Part shown: positions 46,976-53,556 of the stretch, one piece after another | Numbering within the stretch: position 1 is the stretch's first letter | Layout of the letters: each line of letters begins with the position of its first letter | DNA from: Patescibacteria group bacterium | GTDB lineage: Bacteria > Patescibacteriota > Minisyncoccia > UBA6257 > GWB1-50-10 | Direction: 5' to 3' | Length of the DNA: 53,556 bases | Assembly (NCBI GenBank): GCA_030017555.1 | Contig: JASEIC010000003.1 | Location: 1 to 53,556, forward strand | Position numbers and translations under genes: made by a program | The notes under the pieces: generated by a model | The model's database searches: none | What the model was told of the DNA's origin: nothing | What the model saw: only the letters and a program-made list of their open reading frames with translations

Positions 46976-47983
46976 TCATTCTATTGGCGACGTATTAAAC
47001 ATACCATCAATTTCACTGATTGATTGATGGGTGTGATTTCGGTAAATAGTTTCACCAATTAATTCGCCAGCTGAAACAATCTCAATAAAATTGGATGGTA
47101 GATTACTTTTTTCGTGGTTAATCGAATCAGTAATGAAGATTTGTTTTATGCCTGCTTCCATTAAATTTTCAATTGCTTTTTCGGCAAAAATACCATGAGT
47201 TGCGCAAATATATATATCGTTTTGTTCGGCGCTTATTTCATCTAATTTCAATACTACTTTAATAATCGTGCCGGCAGTAGAAATCATATCTTCAGGAATT
47301 AGTAGAGTTCTGCCGGAGACAAAACCAATAATATCTCTAATATATGCGTGATCATCTTTATCCCGTCGTTTATCAGCCATAGCAAACGTATCGCAGTTTA
47401 AGCGTTTTGCAAAAATACTTGCAAGTTTCGCGCCTCCGGCATCGGCAGCAAGAGGTTCTAATTTTGAAAGATCTCCGCCAATACGTATTTCAAGATGCCG
47501 ACAGAATATTTCTGTGGGGTAAATAAGATCTACTGGAATTTCAAAAAAACCTTGAATTTGAGGAAAATGAGGATGAAGAATAATCGCGTGTTTTCTTGGG
47601 GTGGCGCCCATAGCAGCTTCAATTTCTTTGGCATTTTCTTTGGCAGTGATTGCCACTCTCGGTCTATCTTTTTTATCTTGTCGCAATCCGCCCATATAAG
47701 GTATAACCGCAGTAAGAGAATCAGCTGAAGCACGCGCTACGGCATTGAGTAGTAGTTTTAAATATTTAAAGTTGGATTCGGGTGAGTTAGTTGATTGTAT
47801 GATATAAACGTCAGCGCCTCGCACATTTTCCATAATTTGCGGTAAAAACTCGCCATCACAGAACTTAATATCTTTCCACAAAGTGAGTTTGAATGGTTTT
47901 TTGGATAATTCACTGATTCTTTTTTCTGCCCCTTCTTTTAACGTGGCAGCACAAGCTGGTCCAGCAATAACTACAAGTTCCAT
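46976..47983 (-). CDS. prs: Ribose-phosphate pyrophosphokinase
   Basis: F.DGE...I.ENVRG.DV, PY...RQDKK, D.GG, KRR, DMISTAGT, THG.F, TDSI. Confidence 0.9.
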   Translation of the reverse strand: MELVVIAGPACAATLKEGAEKRISELSKKPFKLTLWKDIKFCDGEFLPQIMENVRGADVYIIQSTNSPESNFKYLKLLLNAVARASADSLTAVIPYMGGLRQDKKDRPRVAITAKENAKEIEAAMGATPRKHAIILHPHFPQIQGFFEIPVDLIYPTEIFCRHLEIRIGGDLSKLEPLAADAGGAKLASIFAKRLNCDTFAMADKRRDKDDHAYIRDIIGFVSGRTLLIPEDMISTAGTIIKVVLKLDEISAEQNDIYICATHGIFAEKAIENLMEAGIKQIFITDSINHEKSNLPSNFIEIVSAGELIGETIYRNHTHQSISEIDGMFNTSPIE

Positions 47984-48054
47984 TATTTCTCCTAATATAA
48001 GATTAGATTTTAAATTTCTGTTTCTAGTATAAACTTAAAAAGTTTTATTTGTCA

Positions 48055-48110
48055 ACTCGGTACTACAACTTCAGCGTAAAAAATGCATCACTGAAGTTGT
48101 AGTGCTGGGT
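48055..48110. repeat. 20-bp-stem hairpin element
   Basis: ACTCGGTACTACAACTTCAG / CTGAAGTTGTAGTGCTGGGT with three G-T pairs. Confidence 0.65.
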
Positions 48111-48152
48111 CAATTTTGTAGTAAAATTCCAATTCATTTTATTGTATGCTTT

Positions 48153-48216
48153 ATCTCCACACCTTCCTGCGTGGTGTTGAACCCCGCGGGAAGGGTATTC
48201 TGGAAGGTGTGGGGAT
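48153..48216. repeat. 64-bp inverted-repeat element
   Basis: ATCTCCACACCTTCC ... GGAAGGTGTGGGGAT (1 mismatch). Confidence 0.7.
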
Positions 48217-48243
48217 TTATCGAATAAGCTATAATTAAATTAA

Positions 48244-49446
48244 ATGAAAATAAAAGATATAATTTTGCGTGAAATTTTTAATTCTCGCGGTGAACCGGTT
48301 TTAGAAGTCGGCATTGAAGACTCGTTGGGACATAAATTTATTGCCCAAAATCCTTATGGCGTGAGTCGCGGTAGGAACGAGGCTTTGGTTTTTTCTTATG
48401 AGCGCGCAAAAAAAGTTTTAAACGGCGGTTTGGCTCGTGAAATCGTTAAAAAAAGTTTTGGATCAGTCAGAAGTTTTGATCATCTTCTTTTTAATTTTGA
48501 CGGTACTTGTCAGAAAGAAAAAATTGGCGGTAATTTAGCGTTGGGATTGTCAGTGGCGTTTGCGCGAGGATTGGCTTACGAAAGAGGGCAAGTATTGTGG
48601 GAGCTTTTGAATGAAGAATTTTTTTCGAGTCGGCCTTTTCGCAACCATCCTTTAATTTTTTCTAATCTTATAAATGGCGGCGCTCACGCCAATAATAATC
48701 TTGATTTTCAAGAATATATGGTGGTGGTGAAAATTACCGGTTCAGTAAGAGATACCGTGGAAAAACTTATAAATTTTTACAAAAGACTTGGCAGCCTTTT
48801 GGAAAAGAAATTCAAAAAAAACGGATTAATTATTGGCGATGAAGGCGGATATTCTTTAGAATTTGAAAATAATTTTGAACCAATTACTATTCTCGAAAGT
48901 TTTATTGAAAAGGAACGACTAGTCGGAAAATACAGCATTGGATTAGATATTGCCGCTTCCAATTTTTACAGTAATGGCCGTTATTCTTTTGAAGGCAAGA
49001 GAATTTCAAAAAAAGATTTATATAATCAATATGTTGAATATTTTAAAAAATCTAAGTTTTTGTTTTCAATTGAAGATCCTTTTGAAGAACGCGATATTCA
49101 ATCTTTTAAAGACTTGGCGAGCGAGCTTAATGATAAGCTTACGATCGGCGACGATTTGACCGCCACTAATCCGGTCGCAATCCTCGCGCTTTCGAAAGCG
49201 AAAGTCATAAACGGCGTAATTATTAAACCTAATCAAATAGGCACTGTTACAGAAAGTTGCGAAGCAGTAAGAGTGGCGCACGAAAATGGAGTAAGGTGTA
49301 TAATTTCTCATCGTTCCGGAGAAACCGAGGATAATTTTATTATTAATCTTGCTCGAGCAAGCGGCGCTGATGGAGTGAAAATTGGAGCGCCTATTCGGGA
49401 AAGACTTTCAAAGTTCAATGAATTAATCAGGGTTTATGATAGGTAA
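48244..49446 (+). CDS. eno: Enolase
   Basis: REI.NSRG.P, NGGAHA, QEYM, GDEGG, IEDPF, GDDL, KPNQIGT, SHRSGET. Confidence 0.93.
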   Translation: MKIKDIILREIFNSRGEPVLEVGIEDSLGHKFIAQNPYGVSRGRNEALVFSYERAKKVLNGGLAREIVKKSFGSVRSFDHLLFNFDGTCQKEKIGGNLALGLSVAFARGLAYERGQVLWELLNEEFFSSRPFRNHPLIFSNLINGGAHANNNLDFQEYMVVVKITGSVRDTVEKLINFYKRLGSLLEKKFKKNGLIIGDEGGYSLEFENNFEPITILESFIEKERLVGKYSIGLDIAASNFYSNGRYSFEGKRISKKDLYNQYVEYFKKSKFLFSIEDPFEERDIQSFKDLASELNDKLTIGDDLTATNPVAILALSKAKVINGVIIKPNQIGTVTESCEAVRVAHENGVRCIISHRSGETEDNFIINLARASGADGVKIGAPIRERLSKFNELIRVYDR

Positions 49447-49516
49447 AAAATTAATATAATTCCAATTAAATATAATTAATAACATAATTAAAAAATTCGG
49501 TTTTTTAAAAAAGAAA

Positions 49517-49857
49517 TTGTTTTTACTCGGCATACTGATAATTATTGTCGTGGTATTTTTTTTAATTTCAAATTCCAATAATAAAAACAACCCTGATTTA
49601 GTGATGGCGAAAAAAGCGACAATAAATCAAGAAGTTTCAATTACGGGCAAGATTAAATCAATAAAAAAAGTAGATTTGGGTTTTGAGCGAAGCGGGACCT
49701 TGAGCGAGGTTAAGGCAAAGATTGGAGATAAGATTAATGCTAATTCCATTATTTTAAAATTAGATATAAGCGAACTTATGGCTAAATTAAAATCAGCGGA
49801 AGCCGCATTAGAAGTTGAACGAGCAAAATTTGATGGATTAAAATTAGGAACGCGGCC
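49517..49857 (+). pseudogene. 5' fragment of an efflux membrane-fusion (HlyD/RND adaptor) gene
   Basis: TM, then VSITG, VDLGFERSG...V..K.GD.I, GTRP; truncated, no in-frame ATG. Confidence 0.65.
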
Positions 49858-50040
49858 GGCATTGGAAAATTTTACAAACCGGAAAATCTTATTGGCCGGA
49901 AAATTGTGGTAGTGACTAATTTAGAGCCGCGGACGCTTATGGGTCTTGAAAGCCGGGGAATGCTTTTGGCGGCAGAGAACGGGGGAGTTGTTTTGCTTAT
50001 GCCGGATAAAGAAGTGCCGGCCGGCAGTTTAATTCATTAA
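49855..50040 (+). pseudogene. 3' fragment of a tRNA-binding OB domain (Trbp111/MetG C-terminal/CsaA)
   Basis: AGIGKFYKPENLIGRKIVVVTNLEPRTLMGLESRGMLLAA...VPAGSLIH*; no start. Confidence 0.8.
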
Positions 50041-50049
50041 TTTTAATCT

Positions 50050-50724
50050 ATGGATTTTTTATTTGGTTCGTTTTTAACATGGTTGCCGCGGATTTTTTGG
50101 TGGTTGGTTTTTGTTTTTGCGGCAATTTTATATATCTTTCGGAATAAACAAAAATTGTTTTTTAAATTACCAACCTTCTTAAATTATCGTTTTCTTATTA
50201 AAAGCTCGATTATCTTTAGAATTTTTTACGCAATTTTGCTTACAGCCGGCCAATATTATATTTGGTCTGCCGATGCTTTCGGAAAATTATTTTTGAATTC
50301 GCCGCTTAATAGCGCTGTGCCGCTTAGTTTGGTTCAAAAGCTTCCTTGGCTTTTTAATCATCCGCTCGGCTATTTTATTTTTTACTCATGGGGAAGGTTT
50401 TGGCTTAATGTTTTTGTTTCGATTGGCGTGGCTTTGCTTTTTTTCTGGTTTTTAAAATTTTTAAAAAAACACAAAGAGCGATTTTTTGAAGAAGGGGAGA
50501 TTGAACTTGGTTTTTTATGCATGCTTATTTTAAATTGGCCTGTTAATTTAATTTACGTTCTTTTTGTTTTCGTTTTTGTTGTTATTTCGTCAATTTTCAG
50601 GAGTATTGTTCTAAAGCGAAACTTAACTACGCTTGGCTTACCTTTTATTTTTTCGTCATTGATTCTTCTTATTTGGGGAAATGCGCTTTTGATGTTTTTA
50701 AATTTAGGCATTTTAAAGATTTAG
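50050..50724 (+). CDS. Multi-pass membrane protein, weakly prepilin-peptidase (A24) C-terminal-like
   Basis: 5-6 TM; FEEGEIELG...W in place of G.GD.KL; P.I near the C-terminus. Confidence 0.45.
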   Translation: MDFLFGSFLTWLPRIFWWLVFVFAAILYIFRNKQKLFFKLPTFLNYRFLIKSSIIFRIFYAILLTAGQYYIWSADAFGKLFLNSPLNSAVPLSLVQKLPWLFNHPLGYFIFYSWGRFWLNVFVSIGVALLFFWFLKFLKKHKERFFEEGEIELGFLCMLILNWPVNLIYVLFVFVFVVISSIFRSIVLKRNLTTLGLPFIFSSLILLIWGNALLMFLNLGILKI

Positions 50725-50772
50725 CCGCTTTTTAAGATAGAATCGGAAAGCAATAAATGTTAAAATAAAGAC

Positions 50773-52326
50773 GTGAAGACCTCAATAAGGCGAGAACAAA
50801 AAAAGAGGGTATTTTTTGATATTCAGAATGATAAACCCAAAGATTGGTGGTTAAGTTGGATAAGTTCAAGAAAAACTCTTAATTTAAAGAAAAGATTTTA
50901 TGAACGAAGGCCTCTTATAGCATTATTTATTGTGCTTTTGATTGGCGGTGGAGTTTTTGTCTTGAGAAGCGCTTTGACCAAGGCAGAAGTTGCGGATTTT
51001 TATCCTGGTAGTTGTCTCGGTACTTGGCAAAGTCCTCAAAACGCGCAAGGTATGCCGGAAACTTTTAATTCTTCAGAATTAATTTTAGACGAAAACAATT
51101 CCGCTGTTTTTTCAAGCGGAACTGAAAAAATATTTTGTGGCAGTTTCGTGCCTGATAGCTATGAATCAAAAGGTGATTTGAAAAACGTTGGTTTAACTCT
51201 TGTCTGGCGCGTAGAAGATTTAACCTCATCCAGTTCGGATGCCCAGTTTGCGCCTGCGACATCCACGCTTGAAAATATTCCTGAAAATATTTCAACGAGC
51301 ACCGAAGAAGAGTTAAAACCGCAAAGTTTTTTGCGCTATTTATTTAATTTTGCTTTTGCCCGCCTGCCATCGCCTACGGCTCAGGCCACTGACGGGCAGG
51401 CCGAAGAATCAAATGAGTCCGCCGAAGATTTAACTATTCAAGCTACAACCACCGAAGTCATGGTGCCTGTATTAGAAAGCACGACAACTGCCGATGTTTT
51501 AGGCGTTTCCACTTCTACAACAACTGAAACTACAACCATTATTATTGCTCCGCCGATTATAGCGCCTCTTGGGCCAATTAGTTCATCAAGTGACGTCATT
51601 TTATTTGAAACCAGCACTGTAACTTCTACAGCCACTACCACCGCTTTAGAAGTGATAGAGCTGATAATCGATGAAAATTTTATTCGGGTAAGTTTTAGTT
51701 TGAATGGTTATGATTGGTTTGAATTAGGCAGAGTTAATTTAAAAAACTGGTCAAGTTTTACCGCTACTTTGCCTGTAAAAACCTGGGATGAGCTTAAAAC
51801 TTTACAGATAAGCATAGAGGGGATGCCGACTATTTTAACAAATATGCCGCGGATATTTTTAGATGGTATGTTTGTAGAGGCGCGTTTTGAACTGCCGCCG
51901 GCTCTAGATACTATTATTTCGTTAATGCCCAAATCAGATGAGCAAGCCGTTAAAATTGTACTTCCCGCTGCAGAATTCCCGAAGCCGTCAATTCAGATAT
52001 TTGACCCGGAAGCTCGGCACTCATGCCGCGTTGAGCCGTTTTCAGTGACGATCAAAAGGGGCGGTGAGGCGCAATATTCAATTTTGCTTACGTCATTCGA
52101 CGACGATGCGGCTTACGAGCTTTTAACGGGCGATCTGCCCTCGGGCGTTTCCGCATCAATCTCGCCCATGGCCGGTAGAGAGACGTCGTCTTCCTCGTCG
52201 GCCTACTTCACGGTCGCCGAAGAAGCACAGCAAGGATCATTCAATATTGTGGTTATCTATCGTGAAGAAAACAAAGATAACAGGTTTATTCCTAATTTTT
52301 GTCAGCTAAACTTAATAATTGAATAA
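50773..52326 (+). CDS. Membrane-anchored surface protein with Ser/Thr-rich linker and Ig-like C-terminal domain
   Basis: One TM, STST/ATTT-rich middle, beta-rich C-terminus; GTG start after extended -10. Confidence 0.6.
   Translation: MKTSIRREQKKRVFFDIQNDKPKDWWLSWISSRKTLNLKKRFYERRPLIALFIVLLIGGGVFVLRSALTKAEVADFYPGSCLGTWQSPQNAQGMPETFNSSELILDENNSAVFSSGTEKIFCGSFVPDSYESKGDLKNVGLTLVWRVEDLTSSSSDAQFAPATSTLENIPENISTSTEEELKPQSFLRYLFNFAFARLPSPTAQATDGQAEESNESAEDLTIQATTTEVMVPVLESTTTADVLGVSTSTTTETTTIIIAPPIIAPLGPISSSSDVILFETSTVTSTATTTALEVIELIIDENFIRVSFSLNGYDWFELGRVNLKNWSSFTATLPVKTWDELKTLQISIEGMPTILTNMPRIFLDGMFVEARFELPPALDTIISLMPKSDEQAVKIVLPAAEFPKPSIQIFDPEARHSCRVEPFSVTIKRGGEAQYSILLTSFDDDAAYELLTGDLPSGVSASISPMAGRETSSSSSAYFTVAEEAQQGSFNIVVIYREENKDNRFIPNFCQLNLIIE
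51358..51402. repeat. 42-bp in-frame palindromic insert flanked by GCC
   Basis: GCCTGCC...GGCAGGC arms, inner GCCT/AGGC; encodes RLPSPTAQATDGQA. Confidence 0.6.
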
Positions 52327-52441
52327 TTGTGGAGTTTGTTCAAAATTTAAATTTTAAAGGCATTGGCTGTTCTTATATAAAAAGAAAGACGTGAAAATTA
52401 CTGATATATATAATGGTGAGTATTCTAGATGTTTTTGTTTA

Positions 52442-52457
52442 ATCTACGATCGTGGAT
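52442..52457. promoter_or_regulatory. Palindrome upstream of PaaX-like gene 2
   Basis: ATCTACGATCGTGGAT, sharing the ACGATCGTGG core with the downstream repeats. Confidence 0.7.
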
Positions 52458-52488
52458 ATAACGAAAATATACTTTATTATTATAAATA

Positions 52489-53079
52489 ATGTTTAAACAA
52501 AAAAGATTTAGAGAGAAAATAGGAGGGAAAACCATTATTATAGGATTAAGTGGTATTGCGGTTTTGTTGGCTTTTGCTGATGCCGCCGCGAAAACATTTT
52601 TGAGTTTTCCCGATCATAGAACTTCAATTGGTCACGTTTGGAAAAATCTACGGCGTTATCCGTCAAAATCAGTACGTGAATATTTTGAAGAACTTAAAGA
52701 AATAAGCGGCGTTAATTTGAGAAATATTTTATATCGTTTGGAACGGAAGGGATTGGTTAGAAAAACAGGTGACGGTTATGTTGCCACGTCTCTGGGCGGG
52801 GAAGTTGCCGAAAATGTAAAAGATTTGATTGAAAAATCCGCCCTTTGGGATGGCAGATGGCGGCTTATTACTTTTGATGTACCAGAAAAAAGTCGAAGAG
52901 ATAGAGATTGGCTTCGTGATATTTTACGATTGTACGATTATAAATCTCTTCACAAAAGCGTTTTTCTTGGCAAAATCCCTTTACCGGAAAAAATTTATCG
53001 AGAAATTTATGAACGAAAAATGAGCAGTTATATAAGACTTCTAACGGTGGGGGAAATAGATGAGGATGAATTAACATAA
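52489..53079 (+). CDS. PaaX-family-like protein (winged-helix plus Cas2/VapD-like fold)
   Basis: LRNILYRLERKGLV...Y.AT..G, then WDGRWRLITFDVPEK.R..RD.LR..L....LHKSVF. Confidence 0.8.
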   Translation: MFKQKRFREKIGGKTIIIGLSGIAVLLAFADAAAKTFLSFPDHRTSIGHVWKNLRRYPSKSVREYFEELKEISGVNLRNILYRLERKGLVRKTGDGYVATSLGGEVAENVKDLIEKSALWDGRWRLITFDVPEKSRRDRDWLRDILRLYDYKSLHKSVFLGKIPLPEKIYREIYERKMSSYIRLLTVGEIDEDELT

Positions 53080-53113
53080 AAAGATTAATATAGGAAAGTA
53101 TAGAGTGAATTAA

Positions 53114-53252
53114 TGGTCGGATTTCTATTTATCCCACGATCGTGGGCGGAGAGGAAATATAGTTTTTTCATTTAGTTTTGTTTTGATTTTGTTTGATATT
53201 GGATATTGGTTGGATTTCTATTTATCCCACGATCGTGGGTGGAGAGGAAATA
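53114..53252. repeat. Two 46-bp direct repeats with palindromic core CCCACGATCGTGGG, separated by 47 bp
   Basis: 53114-53159 and 53207-53252 differ at 2 positions. Confidence 0.9.
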
Positions 53253-53262
53253 CGGGAATTTT

Positions 53263-53350
53263 GGTTTAATATCGCGACTTTTTTGTTTATAATTAAAATT
53301 GGTTTAATTTGATTCGGTTTGATATCGCGGGCTTTTTGTTATAATTAAAA
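53263..53350. repeat. Imperfect ~36-bp direct repeat, each copy containing TATAAT
   Basis: GGTTTaATATCGCG..TTTTTG..TATAATTAAAA at 53263-53298 and 53316-53350. Confidence 0.7.
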
Positions 53351-53361
53351 AAATGGAGAGT

Positions 53362-53556
53362 TTGGAAAAATTCGTGATATTTTTCAAAGTCAAAACGCAA
53401 GGCAATAACATCGGACGTCAATATATTGAAAAACGGAATTATGATTGGAAAAATTCGTGATATTTTTCAAAGTCAAAACGCACGGCAATGACATCGGACG
53501 TCAATATATTGAAAAACGGAATTATGATTGGAAAAATTCGTGATATTTTTCAAAGT
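53362..53556. repeat. 83-bp tandem repeat (at least 2.3 copies, runs off the window)
   Basis: Units start at 53362, 53445 and 53528; copies 1 and 2 differ at 2 positions. Confidence 0.92.

Noticed and set aside
224-53077. Numerous 60-120 aa ORFs nested in or antisense to long genes
   Set aside because: No motifs, and fully overlapped by well-supported genes; treated as shadow ORFs
53114-53252. Calling the 46-bp repeat pair a CRISPR array
   Set aside because: Only two repeats and a low-complexity T-rich spacer; reported as a repeat instead
53362-53556. Possible CRISPR array at the window end near a Cas2-like gene
   Set aside because: The would-be spacers are near-identical, so this is a tandem repeat; no cas1 or effector genes in the window
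1-53556. Alternative genetic code (UGA=Gly, code 25)
   Set aside because: Conserved genes are full length under code 11 and several end in TGA

Overview
AT-rich bacterial chromosomal window, standard code 11. Gene content and style suggest Patescibacteria (CPR, Parcubacteria-like); this is inference. In order: the 3' end of a surface/S-layer-like gene; a PaaX/Cas2-fold gene; three O-antigen-ligase/TPR genes; a ~12.5 kb glycan locus (gmd, NUDIX hydrolase, colD-like, fcl/colC, methyltransferase-like, glycosyltransferases, inverted wzy, wzx, priming transferase); a thiol-redox cluster; type IV pilus accessory genes; a housekeeping block (pth, lepB, hisS, HIT, rpsU, yqeY, ybeY, ftsA, ftsZ, nrdJ, tRNA-Lys, rsmE, tRNA-Asn, csp); mgtA; a second redox cluster; glycerate kinase, ppsA, prs, eno; several pseudogene scars; and a second PaaX/Cas2-fold gene followed by nested duplications. 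The strongest signal is that each of the two wHTH+Cas2-fold genes is bracketed by its own, different palindrome. In the first, the upstream copy has diverged into an extended -10 promoter. Small palindromic elements also occur: in-frame in three genes, inside a ghost tRNA copy, and one with an 8-bp target-site duplication. No cas operon, true CRISPR array, transposase or rRNA was seen. All calls come from reading sequence and motifs; no database searches were run.
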